A DNA stretch of 64,000 nucleotides from Eledone cirrhosa. Lineage: Eukaryota. The DNA lies in the NCBI GenBank assembly GCA_964016885.1, contig OZ024741.1, forward strand, positions 58,590,001 to 58,654,000, read 5' to 3'. Shown here piece after piece: positions 1 to 13,859 of this stretch; within the stretch, counting starts at the first letter, position 1; the number at the start of each line of letters is the position of its first letter. A model generated the notes under the pieces. That model was not told where the DNA came from. It made no database searches and saw nothing but the letters and a program-made list of their open reading frames with translations. The position numbers and the translations under genes were made by a program.

Positions 1-740
1 TAATTAAATGTAAATATTTTATCACCATTGACAACATACACTCTTAATATAGATCTAATATTGGCTGGGTTTTTTTTAATATTTTTTTTTGGGGGGGGGG
101 GGGGGGGGTCCGTAATGATATTATTGATGACTTTCCAGTTGCTTTCTTTAATCATATTAATAATTCATTACTAATATGTAGAAATATTTTCTATTTACTT
201 TTGTCTGATGCACATAGTTTATTTTGGCAGTTTCACAAATAATCAAGGTTATTGTTTTTGGTATAATTTCGAAATTCAGTCTGCTTTTCGTTTGAAGTAC
301 ATCATGATGGAAATGGAAATAGATTATGAAAACGCTGTGACCAAATATTTGAGGCCTGCCAACAATTCTTATAAAAATAACTATAATGATAATAATAATA
401 ATAATAATTGGAAAAAATCAGAATAGCATCAGTAGCAACCAAATGATGGAATTCAATAGAGGTGATATTAATATTGCTTTGTTAATTATTTAATGTTGTA
501 ATTTTCTATCTTAGTTATGTATTGTTTACCTCCCTCCAGTGATTATTTTCCTTTTTTTCTTTCTTTCAATTTTCACCAAATAATATTTTAATTGGGAAGA
601 TTTCCAGTGGTTAAATATAGACCAAGCCATGCCAGTGTGGGAAATAGATGGTAAACAATGAGGATGATGATGATGATGACATCTGATTAAAAGTGATACT
701 GGCTAATGAAATGCTTGGAAATTATGATTTATAGTTATTA

Positions 741-772
<32 letters not shown>

Positions 773-2274
773 TTAATCACATTGGCACAGATCTAATGAT
801 GTTGATATATCATCAACAGCGCTTTATGTGAAAAAGAACCAAACTGTTTTTTAGCATAATAATTTGTCTAGGTTATTAGAGTGTTGGATATTTGTTCCTG
901 GTCTCTGTGTTTTGAATTCAAATCATGCCAAGAACTATTTTGCCCTCATCCTTTCAGAGTCAGTAAATAAAGTATCAGCCAAGTGCTGGTATAGCCCCTT
1001 TTCCTTCCAGCTGTCACATCCTGGATGATTTGCTGGATCAATAGAGCAAGAGTTAAATGAGAGTCTCTATCTGCTTGTAACTAGATGGGTACTTAAAACC
1101 CTTTATGAAAGCATGGTGTGTACTACCAAGTGATACTCGATTGTGAATGATGGCTGTAGTATTTTTTTATACTAGTAAATAAAGGGTGGTGGATTATCAG
1201 AATCGTTAGAGCATCAGCCAAAATGCTTTGCAGCATTTAGTTACAGCTCATTACGTACTGCATTCAAATACATAACCCAATGTTTTACAATCAGTAAGTA
1301 ATATTCAGTTTCTTTAGCAAACTTTAACAAAGTTATGGCTGTAGATATATATATATATGGCCTGATGGTTAGGATGTTGACTTCAAGAGGTTGATCCCTG
1401 GACGGTGGTATGCAATGTTCTTGAGCAAGACCCTTTTTATATAAATACACCTGTAATCATCCCTGGTTCTATGATACAAAGCTATTTGTTTTAAAGTGTT
1501 TATATTTTGTTTAAAAAAAACAACCTTCCATTTTAATTCTGTGTTAGAACTTTTGTTATGTTACAATCACCAGCTTAATAAGCAAAAGTTAGTTATGATA
1601 GTTAATCCTTACAAATTCTCAATTATTTTCAAAATTATTTGAAAATCATAGACATTATCTTTCCTTAGAAATGTGGTAATGAAAGAGTTAAGAAATCATG
1701 AGAAAATATAAACCTCTGAGTAAATGTGAAGAGGAAATAGAGAGTATTTTCATATTTCATTTATTTATTAGCATTGTTTGGATTTTTAAACTTTCATTTC
1801 TAGATTCTCTGTTAAAACTTCTAACATATTTCTCAACTATTTTAACAGAAATACATTCAGCACCAGACTTAACTCCAGAGTCTCCTTTTCTTTATTATTT
1901 TCCTCATCACTGCCACTACCACTACCATCATCATTATTATGTTTTATTATACCATATATTTTACTTATATTATAATGGAACCTTAGTTATTGGTTATTTC
2001 CTGAAAATTCTATCTTTATATAGTTGATAGACTTACTGTTCTATGAAAACCATTTTAATACTTGCCTATTGGCTAACTATATAAACTAAGAACACTGAAA
2101 AAATATGGTTAGAATAAAACAAAAAATTATGGTTTCATGTATGTGTGTAATTTCTTGTTTAATGTACAATTTTTGCTGGGAAAAACATCTTTATAGACTG
2201 ATTTTCTTTTCATAGTTAAGTCTCTGAAATGCATAATTTCTGTTGAAGCATATGTCTGCAAATTTGTTTATATC

Positions 2275-3115
<841 letters not shown>

Positions 3116-3654
3116 TTTTTAAATTTATTAACTTGTTATAGGAATTTTGAAATTTATTTAATTCTCCTAATATGGGAAAATATTTGTTTATTTTCAGTCA
3201 AATAAATTTCTTTAATGTTATATGGTATGTAAATTTATTTCGGTACATCAAATATTATTATACAATATAGTTTAGTTTCAATGATTTCCTATATTTGTTG
3301 ACGTCAAAACCTCTTTAAGTTTAACTGCATAGTCAACCCTTCAAAGTGATATGAGCTACTCAAACATTTTTTGAGTTTTTGCACAGGAAGTTTAGAAAAT
3401 TTCAAGTTGTTTATATTTCATTGAAAAGTTAAGAAAAAGGTTCCAACTTGTAAGCTATAATTAATTTTTCTTCAGAATGTAGGTCTTTCAGCAACTACGT
3501 AGGTGCTAACATGAATGTCTAGCTAAGGAATTCACTAAGAAACTGCATGGATCTGTGTTCAGTCCAACTGTGTGCCACCTTGCGCAAATATCTTAACTTC
3601 AAGTTGACCAGTGCCTTGTGAGTGGAATTTGACTGATGTAAATGGCAGTAGCCC

Positions 3655-3715
3655 ATATCTCTCTCTCTTTCTCTCTCTCTTTTTCTTTCTCTCTTTCTCT
3701 CTCTCTTTCTCTCTT

Positions 3716-3746
<31 letters not shown>

Positions 3747-3751
3747 TTCTC

Positions 3752-3788
<37 letters not shown>

Positions 3789-3792
3789 CTCA
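3655..3792. repeat. (CT)/(CTTT) microsatellite
   Basis: Seen directly. Confidence 0.95.
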
Positions 3793-3840
3793 GACAGTAT
3801 TAATGGAAAATCAATCTTTCATCAAAGAACTGTAAATATT

Positions 3841-4165
3841 ATCATCATTTTACGTCTGCTTTTCCCTGCTTGCAAGGGTGGGACGGGTCCTATTCAGCAC
3901 AGCATCCCTCCATTCGTCATGGTCTTTCATCATCTCCTCTGAGCTTCAGCGATCTGAGATCGGCTCTCGCCACCTTCGCCCATGATTTTCGTGGTCTTCC
4001 TCTACTGCGTCTTCCTTCTACTGGGATTTCTTGGCACTTCTTTACCCAGCGGTCATCCTCCATGCGCATCACATGTCCATACCAACGCAGTCTTCTCTCC
4101 CGCACACTACAGCTTATCCCTCTTATACACAGTTTCTCTATCAAATCATCTATGCTTGGTTGTTC
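3841..4165 (-). mobile_element. 3' fragment of the RTE subfamily seen at 46-49 kb
   Basis: ORF 3917-4219 contains RERRLRWYGHVMRMEDDRWVKKCQEIPVEGRRSRGRPRKSW, with the same tail as 46152. Confidence 0.92.
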
Positions 4166-4266
4166 ACACACACATATATATATATATATAAATGAGCGTA
4201 ACAAGTAATCATCAAACAATCTTTTAAATAAATTAAAAAACGATTTAAATATTCACCTGTTCTATT

Positions 4267-4346
4267 GCCGTTACCGACGGTTTCACTAATCAAAAGATTG
4301 GAAATTCTCAGAATTTCCAATGGAAAGAATTAGATCTTCAGACAGT
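4267..4346 (-). ncRNA. Type I hammerhead ribozyme motif within a short Penelope-like repeat
   Basis: Minus strand: CUGU-CUGAAGA-[UCUAAU..AUUGGAAAUUC uga GAAUUUCCAAU..AUUAGU]-GAAACC guc GGUA|ACGG. All core nucleotides and three helices are present, with a U.U mismatch at the base of helix II. Confidence 0.7.
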
Positions 4347-4947
4347 TATTTCCATACTATAAGGGTATAAAGCCTCATAGTAAGTTAATATTTCGCTTCC
4401 TGCCTGTTGCATTATATATATGTGTATATATATATATATATATATAGTAAATACTTATATTGTTATAATTTGGGAGGGTCATGCTGCCAATAAAAACGCA
4501 CACATTTCAATTTATTATTATAATTTCCCAGTCGGTTAGCTTAATAACTGGATGGTTGTTTAGTCGTTGATTGGCAAAGCTTTTTTGTCATACATTCTAT
4601 GACCTCTTCAGTGGTTACTTATGTTACTTTGCATCTCATCTTTGTTCTGTTTTACACCATCTTGTCTTTGTGAGATGTGTATTCATGTGTATGTGTGTTT
4701 TTTCTTTTCTCTCTTTCCTTCTTGTCACTAGTTAGTTAATTGTTATCTTTGGTTTTTTATTCTATATATGTATGTGGCAGACAGTGGGGGAGGAGGTCTG
4801 TCTATTTATCTTCTTAGTATGTGTGTCTATATTGCCTTTAGACACTACAAAGTTCAACCAAATTTAACCTCACAACAACTAAAGACAGTATCTGTTTCAA
4901 CACATATTTTCACATTATAAAACTTGTAAAACAAATACAAAAATAAA

Positions 4948-5008
<61 letters not shown>

Positions 5009-5369
5009 GTCTGTGTGTCCATCTCCATACCAGCAGTCTATTGACTGAAACTAGTACAAAAGATATATGTATAGAAAACAGAATTTAGAGTATTTTGCTG
5101 AGCAATTTCCATTAAAAACTTATTTTAAATAATAATTATTATTATTACTGTGTGTGTGTGTGTATACATACCGTGCTTCTGTTCCTGTATGTCTGTGTGT
5201 ACATAAGTACAGAGGCATAGCAAGCAGAGTGCAAGCATGACATTCATCCATAGGTATGAGGGCACAAGATTTCCCTTGTCCTGTCATGCCTGTTAATGAA
5301 GGTGGTAGTACCAAAAATGTTTTCTCTTCCCAATCACTGAGAGCCCTTGATGTGCCATTGCATATATAT

Positions 5370-5969
5370 CATCATCATCGTTTAACGTCTATCTTCCACG
5401 CTAGCATGGGTTTAGATGGGAATTGTCCCACTAGAGGCAAGATTGGTTGTCTTGCTCGTATAGGACTATCTGGCAGGTTTTCTACGGCTGGCTGCCCTTC
5501 CTAACACCAACCACATTTACAGTGTGAACTGGGAGGTTTTTACCGTGTTACCTACACGGCCACATTACAGCGTGGACTGTGTTTTTTTGTCGTGACACCT
5601 ACACGACCTCATTTATTTAGGACTGGATGTTGTGGCACCAACATAACTTTACAGAGAAAGGGGTGGTGTAGATGGGGGCGGGAGTAGGGGTGTATTTTTG
5701 GTTAGGAGGTGCCTACTGACTAGGTTTTGCTTTGTACTTAGGCAAGGCGGGTCTTCTGTATTACTGCGTAGCGCCAAAGATCTCAGTCCAGTGACATTGT
5801 CTTGGAGAGGTGTAAGTGTGTAAGGTCAGAATTTATCAAATTGTCCCAGGTTTTTCTGGGTCTGCCTACTCCATAGCTTCCATCTATTTTGATCGCCCTG
5901 CACTTTTTTATACAGCTGTCGTCTTTCATGCGCATCACGTGACCATACCAACGTAGTCTTCTCTCGAGT
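5370..5969 (-). mobile_element. 3' fragment of the long-3'UTR RTE subfamily
   Basis: Same RRLRWYGHVMRMKDD..RPRKTW end, 3'UTR and (ATG)n tail as 56289-56915. Confidence 0.88.
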
Positions 5970-7004
5970 AATGTGTGTGTGTGTACATATGGATCACAGC
6001 AGCCTGTCTGGTCTCAAACTGTAACAACCCATCCAGCTAGGGAAAGTAGATGTAAAATAATGATGCTGATGATTAAATAATTCAGGGAATGCCAACATGT
6101 GTAACCCAGCATATTGTAAAGGTGAAATATATATCTAAAAAAATATCTTTTAAATTAAAATTTTTACCATCTCGTGTTGCATTTCTCAAAAGATTAAAAT
6201 ACATTACACATTTTAAAAAGTCTATTTCTACCTTTTCTTTGGTAAATAGTTTCTTTTCAGAAAAGATTATTTAAAAAAAAGAAGATTCTCATTGAAACTT
6301 CAATCTCAATATTCACCTGTAATCCCAAGATTATCAAGCTCACTTTTTCAGAAATGATGTTAACTATCACAAAGGACCTCTGTATTACACAAGTAGAATT
6401 GACATGCAATAATTGAATGGTTATTTCCCAAAAGCCAAAGGTTCTATATGGTTTTATTGAGGCATTCTTTCTGAATTTTTTGGTTGTTTTCTTCACCTCA
6501 CACTCCCTTCAGCATTTTATTTTTGTTTTTGTTTTTTTCTCAATATGTTGCTTCCAGTAAATTCTGAAAATGCAATTACACAAGAAACCAAATAGATGCG
6601 ATGAGTACTGACTGAGAAAACCATTCATCACAATCTAGACCTTTTTATTTAACAGTTGGAACTATTCTATGACTCTCTGTTCATCCATCATATTTAAGCA
6701 CAGTAAAAAGTCGTGTTGAATATGTTTTCAATCGTCCATCATTCTTTTCACACTATCTCTGTATTACTATTTTATTTTTTCTCTTTATTCCAGAGATTCT
6801 GAAATTAATCTTTACATACATACTTACTTATTTCTTCAATAAATCTTACTCTGCTTACATGTATTGAATGTTCATTCAGTTAGTATTTGACTCTCTTAAC
6901 TACGCCGGTATTTAAAATACCTGCTGCCATGTGTGTGTCTCACAGAGAAATCGGTTGTTAAACGATGCTAATGCATTGCTTAACAAATATTTTTCTATAC
7001 TTCC

Positions 7005-8200
7005 ATGGGTTAGACGGGTTGTCTCATTATGAGACAAGTCCTGTCAGGTGACTACCTCTTGCTCTCACAGATCTGTATTTTGGCTTAGTTTCTACAGCTG
7101 GATGCCCTTCCTATTGCCAACCACATTAGTGTGAACTACATGCTTCTTTGTCATGTCACCACCATGATCATCTTACAGGGTGGACTGAGTGTTTTTTGTC
7201 GTGATGACTTTACAGGGTGGACTGGGTGCTTTTTGTCATGACCACCTTACAAAGTGGACTCTTGTGTCACTGGCACGATCACCTTACAGGGTGGATTATG
7301 TGCTGCCTCTTGTGATATTGCCAGCGCATCCACCTTACATGGTAGACTAGGTGCTTTTGTTGCTTTGGCAGCAGATCACTATACAGGGTGGACTTCGTAA
7401 TTTTTTGGCATTTTAGCAACAATGTGGGATATCAGATGTTGAGTGTGTCCAACTTTTCATGGTTGTGTACATGAGTTGGGCTGGAGAGGTATATCAGAGT
7501 TAAGGAGTGAGGTTGGGAGGGAGAGGGCCAGTAAGCAAGTTCGACATGGACAAAGGAAGTGGATTATTTAGCTGATGGGGGAGGGGATTAAGACTAGGGA
7601 TGAAAAATGGGGGAGGGATAGGGAGAAGACTAGTGTCCTCTACATGTTTGGCTCATCCTGTGCTCATGGGAAAGCAGGTCTTCTGCAATACAGCATAAGA
7701 CCAGAGATCTCAGATCTCGATCCTGTATCATCTTCTTTGATAAGTTTAATTGGGCAAGTCACCTTTTATCCCTTCATCCCAAGCTTCCCTAGGTCTTTCG
7801 TTTCCATAGTTTCCATCAACTTTGATTTCTCTACACCTTTTTATGCAGCTGTCAGGCTCCATACATGTTACATGTCCATACCACTGCTATCTCTTCTCCT
7901 GCACACTGCATCTGACTCCTCTTATGCTGCATTTCTCTCTCAGTTCATTGATGTTTCACCATTCATGCACACTACTACTACGCATGGATACAAGCTTCAT
8001 TTCTTTCCAATATGTATAGGTCCTCTGCACACAGTGCCCAGGTCTCACTTTCATGAAACATTGCTGTTCAAACACAAGCGTCATTCAATCTGTCTTTCAT
8101 TTTGAGGGAAAAATCTTTTGTAGCTAGCAGCAATAATAGTTCTCTGAACTTTCTCCATCCCCTTCTCAATCTGGCTAATGTACTTTCAGAACACTCAGAA
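7005..8200 (-). mobile_element. Older, decayed RTE copy with an expanded tandem array in its 3'UTR
   Basis: Residual ARLRRGWRKFRELL..MKDRLNDACV (8068-8200). The 3'UTR carries about 6-7 ccttacagggtggact units (7130-7420). Confidence 0.75.
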
Positions 8201-8719
8201 TGAAACAGTACTAGTCCTTTAAAAGTTACTTCTATCATATATATATATATACATATATATATGCCTCCCAATGCTGGTTCCACAATAAAAATATACCCAG
8301 TCTCTGTAAAGTGGTAGTGCTGGTGTTACAATAAAAAAAAAACATCCAGTCTGCACTATAAGGTGATAGGGATGGTACCATGACAAAAAGCATCCACTCT
8401 ACTCTGTAAGGTGCTAGTGCCAGAATCATGAAAAAATGCTCCCAGTACATACTATAAAAGTGTTACAGTTAGGAAGGGCATCCAGCCTTAGAAACCATTC
8501 CCAAAATGAAACACATGAGCAAGGCATGGTGATCAGTTTAACCTCAGTATGTGTCAACACGTCTAATTCATGCAAGCATGGAAAAGAGAAGTTAAATGGC
8601 GATAATGATGATTACATCATCATCATCATCATCATCTGCTGCTTTTCCTTGTCAGCAAAACATATATGTGCAACCCATGTTAGCATGGAAAGCTGACATA
8701 ATGGTGATGATGATATTCA

Positions 8720-9350
8720 CCAATTATGCTGCCTATACTGCTGACACAAACAATCCAGCCCCATTTAACAACTTGCTATGCAAAGGCTGTTGACGTCTTC
8801 AGAAGTCAACTGGAAATAAAACAATTTCTCCAACAGCTTGCACATCATAAAGATTACCACCATCCCTGCATCACCATTTGTGAAACGGAGATGAAGATAT
8901 GTCCAACTGTTCATCTACTTGATTATACCATCTCGCCAGATGCCAAGATTAACAAAGAGATTAACAACTGCCTGTCAAAGATAAACAGTGCAATCAATAG
9001 GCTGTACAAAAGAGTCTGGAACTACTGACACCTGCAAAATAAAAGCAGATAGAGCCAGTGTGCTTCTGAGTTGTGGGTTACTTATTGCCATCACCTACAA
9101 CTCCTTGAGCACTCCACCAGGCAGAGGTCACTATTACCAAGGCTATGCTGTTAAAGATACAGCTTCATATATTTCTTGGATGGAGAATCAACTGCCTAAG
9201 ATAGCACTGTATAGTGAACTTTCCATTGACCACCTGCAACAGAGGGGTACAGAAGAAAAGGTTCAAGGACTCTCTGAAGAGAAACATTAAGAGTTAAAGA
9301 ATAATGCAAAGAGGCTAACTAGTGTTGTTGATGATAATGATGATGATTAT
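8720..9350 (+). mobile_element. Decayed RTE/BovB-like LINE 3' part
   Basis: TISPDAKINKEINNCLSKINSAINRL..RVW and MENQLPKIALYSEL resemble BovB-type ORF ends; there is a gat-repeat tail at ~9330. Confidence 0.75.
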
Positions 9351-11756
9351 TATAAGGTGTTCAAAACTGGTGAAGAATCCATAATATATAATTTGTTTTA
9401 AATTGTGTCTAACAAAGATAGGGAATTTACAACATTAATGAACTAAAAATTCCACTAAAATAAACACACATATACACATACACAAAGAAAGGTACATGCA
9501 CACATGTTTCCACTAACCATCTAGAAGTATTACTTTATGGTTTAAATTTGTCTAATTTGCTTATAATTAAAAACGTCATTAACCTCTAATTCTCTGTGGT
9601 TCTTATATCTGTCAGTTGAGAGAAAGAGATACCTGGATTTCTATTGCTTTACCAAGATGTTTTAATAATTAATTGAATTTTGTTATCTCTTGTAGACTTA
9701 GGGTGGGTGTGTTGAAATATTGTATATAATATTTTTGATCTGATAGCAATCTCTGATCTGTTTTGTTAAAACACAGGGAAAAAATTGAAGAAAAACACTT
9801 TTCCCGTTTGAAAAATGATAAAAAATATACACTTGATAACATTCAATAACACACACACACACACACATGCACTCTATCATCATCATTAGATAGAGTGCCC
9901 GATGCACATAAGGAAATATTCTGAGTTAATTCTTTTCTTTACTTCTATACTGGTTTCAGTCATTATACTGTAACCATGCTTGGGCACCACCTTGATTTAG
10001 GTGATCATATTGACCCTAGTACTTACTTCTGAAGACTGGTACTTATTTTGTCAGACTGTTAGGTTACAGGATAGAGATTATATATATATGTGCACCAACA
10101 TTTGGGCTTCCCCTTTCATCACCTCTCCTCCATACTAGCTATTCCTCTTACCTAGTACCTTTCGTTCACATCCCTGACTCCTACCCAAAAGTAGATGCAC
10201 CTTCACTGTACTACAGATATTACTTGCTCACTGTTTCTCTCCTTCTCACCAAGACCGCCTTACAACCCAACACTTACTTGCCCTAGTCCCTCACCTTTAC
10301 AATTTCCACTGCCAAATTTATCTCAAAATTCATTTCCTCCATGCCCAACCATGTGAGCATGGAAAGCTGTGCTCCCACCCAATACTGACATCACTCACAC
10401 TAAGGCCACTCTACTCTTCTCTCTGGTATCAAGCAGCTCAAAGCCCACTTTCACCCCCACCCCTACCTCTTACTATCACTGTCTACCACCAGCCAATGAT
10501 GCACTAGTGTTGAAATATAGTACTACTGTTTCCACAAGGCAATGTGCTCAGGCCTCCACACATACTGGAAGGCGGAAATGTTGGTGTCATGATGAAATGC
10601 ATCCAGCCCATTCTCTAAAGTTGTAGCACTGGTACCATGATAAAATGCATTTGGTACACTTTGTAAAGTGGTAGTGCTAGAACCACAAGAAAAGCACCCA
10701 GTTCACCTTGTCAGATGGTAAGGGTGGTGCCATGAGAAAATAAACCTGGTACATACCATGAAGTGGTTGGCATTAGGAAGGGTACCCAGTTGTAGAAACA
10801 ATGCCTAAATGGAAAGTATGAGCAAGGCACAGCCATCTGACTGCCTGTTTAACCACAGTGAGACAGCCCATGCAAGCATGGAAAATAGACATAAAACTGT
10901 GATGATAAATGTACACTGGCTTCTGCTGTTACCATTTAGCAAATTCCACTCACCTGGCATTGGTTGACTGGAGACTGTAATAATACCCAGGAGCAGGACT
11001 GAATCCAGAACAACATGGTTATGAAGTGAACCCCTTAACCACACAGCCATACTTGCACCTGTAAAAATACTAAAGAAATGAATTAAGTGATATGGTTGTT
11101 TATAAATATCAAGAATGATCTAGAAATGCCATATCACATTTGGTTAAAGAACATTGATGTAAAGCTGTTGATGTGACAATGTGATGATGGCTTATTTTAC
11201 TTTGTAGAAGATTTTTTCCAGGATTGGTTGAATATTCATGAGCAAGAGCGAAACAGTATTTTGGGAAGTCTCCTTTGTCAATGAATTTGTTCAGAAATCT
11301 ATATTTTATTTTTAAAGTTTCCTTATTTGTATATTTTGAAGGATGAGACAGTTACACTTGGTTATATTATGTAGAGCTTTTAAGATGTGAGTGGTTGAAA
11401 AAGATGAAAATTGGCATGTGTGAATGAAGAGTATTTTGAAATGCAAACACTGAAACATTCTTCAAGTTGTTATTTAATGATTTATTCATGGCAAAACAGA
11501 AATGGTAAAAATTGTATGAATGTTTGGTATATAAAAAGAAGTTCAGTATGGATTCTCTATGAAGATGTTTCAAGGGTCAGAATATGATTCTCTACAAAGA
11601 ATTCTAAATACCTTGAATGTCATTCAATATTCTTACTGTGAAATATTTCTAATTATTATTAAAAAGAAATTCTTAGTTTTTGTGTGTCTCTCTTCCTACT
11701 TTTCTATTAAAAAAATTATAAAGTTTTTAACTATCATTAATTATTATTATTACCAT

Positions 11757-12720
11757 TGCGGTGGATTGGCAGTATCGGTAGAGGGTCGGGCGCCATGCTT
11801 TCCAGCATAGTTACGTCCCTTTACGATCTGAGTTCAAATCCCGCCGAGGTTGACTTTGCCTTTCATCCTGACGGGATCGATAAAATAAAGTACCAGTAAT
11901 GCACTGGGTAATTGCTGGCCTTGTGCCTAAAGTAGAAACAATTATTATTGTTGTTGTTGTTGTTGTTGTGTATCAGGAAGCAGTCAGAAATTATTATTAT
12001 TATTATTATTGTCATTGCCAGCATCGAACAACATGCTTTGCAGCATATAGTTACAGCCATTTACATTTTGAGATCAAATTCCACTGAGGTTAGTTTTGCC
12101 TTTCATCCTTACAGGGTCAATATAATTAAGTACCAGTAACAACTTTCTCCTTCCTTTCAAATTGCTGGCCTTGTGCCTAAAATAAAAAAAAATATTATTA
12201 GGGCAGTGGAAAATACTTTGTGGTAAATGTTGCAGCTCTTTACATTCTGAGTTCAAATACCACATGGTCAACTTTGTCTTTGATCCTTTCAAGGGTTGAT
12301 AAAATAAAGTACCAGTCAAGTACTGAGGTCGATTCATTTGACTTTTCCCTCCCCAAATTACTGGCCTCATACCTAAATAAGAAATCAATATGTGAGTGGT
12401 AGATTGGCAGAATTGATAGTGTAAGATAAAATGCTATTGTGGTATTTGCTCTGGTGCACTATATCCTGCTGAAGTCAACTTTGTCTTTCATCCTTCTGAG
12501 ATCTATGAAATAAAATACCAGTCACTCTTCCCATATTGTTGACCATGTCCATATATTAAACAATTATGAGGCTTGTGGATTGGCAGTATCAATAGAGTAT
12601 TGGACAAACTGCTTTATGACATTTAATTACATTCTGAGTTCAAATCCAACTGAGCTCAACTTTATCTTTATCTGTTTGAGGTCAATAAAATGACATACTA
12701 GTGAAGTACTGACTCTTAAA
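11757..12720 (+). mobile_element. Head-to-tail cluster of about 5 tRNA-derived SINEs with a Meta-like central domain
   Basis: Repeated ggattggcag..gagttcaaatcc (A/B-box-like) + gactttgcctttcatcct..gataaaataaagtaccag + (att)n tail. Single copies lie at ~880, 22760, 23700(-), 28058, 34060, 36950(-) and 62200. Confidence 0.8.
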
Positions 12721-13859
12721 TATATAGTCCAGCCTGTATATAAATGGCTGAGCATTCTATAAACACATGTACCCTTAACGTAGTTCTCGGGAGATTCAGC
12801 ATGATAGTTTGTGTCAAAGCTGGCCTTTTGAATTATAGATAGTCCATCTTGTATACAGTATAATGGTTGAGTATTCCACAGGCATGTGTTCCTTTAATGT
12901 GGCTCACAGGGAGATTCAGCATTAGAGTGTGGGACAAAGCTGACCCTTTGAATTTCAGGTATAACTCATTTTTTTCCTGTCTGAGGTGGACTGGAACAAT
13001 GTGAAATAAAGTGTCTTGCTGAAGGACACAACATGCTACTAGTCATGAGCCAAATGCCCTAACCACTAAGCTACACACTCATTTTTCTCTCAAAAAGAAT
13101 TATTACACAACTATATACATACTAACTTGTCATGATAAATCAGTTTACTGTATATTTTATTTCTTATAACTCTTAACACTTTTTTTTTATTTTGATATTT
13201 ATCTTACTTCACATTTCTCATCTTGTTGTCTATGTCATTGTTGTAAAAATACGTTGGTAGTAGTTTTCTTTTGCCTTTTCTTTTTCTTTTTTCTCCATTT
13301 TTCATTCTATTCTGCCTTCATTTTCCTCCTCCTCATCCTTCTATCTTTCTTCTTTTTTCTGCCTCCTCCTCCCTTTTATTTTTCTTATTTTTCTCCTTCT
13401 CCCCCTTCCCCTTCTTCTGACTTCTTTATTATTATTATTATTATTCCTTGTGGTAAACTCTTTATTGAACACCCCTCATCATTCTCTGTGTAAAATTCAA
13501 CTCGTTAAGTAAATTAGCCTCAATGAATTTCAAATTCTTGGACTGCTTCTATGAAACATGAAAATATTCATAGTCCATAGATTCTTTAGGAGATATTTCT
13601 GTCTTAGATGATTTGCATATTTTCGAATAAGGAATAAAATGAAGAAAGAAAAAAATGGAAAGTAGTTATAAAACCAAATTGAATGCTGTATAATTCCGTA
13701 GATATTCACTTTGTATTATCAATTACATCCGTTTTGTATTTTTAATTCTTTTTTATTTTTATTTACTCTTTAGTCCCATTTTCTTGTGACTGTTAACTGT
13801 GCTAGTTCTTATTTTAGAGTATCTAAAATAGGAATCAATATTCACCATGTGATAATTCC

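Noticed and set aside
208-426. 72-aa ORF
   Set aside because: No recognisable motif; it ends in an (AAT)n repeat.
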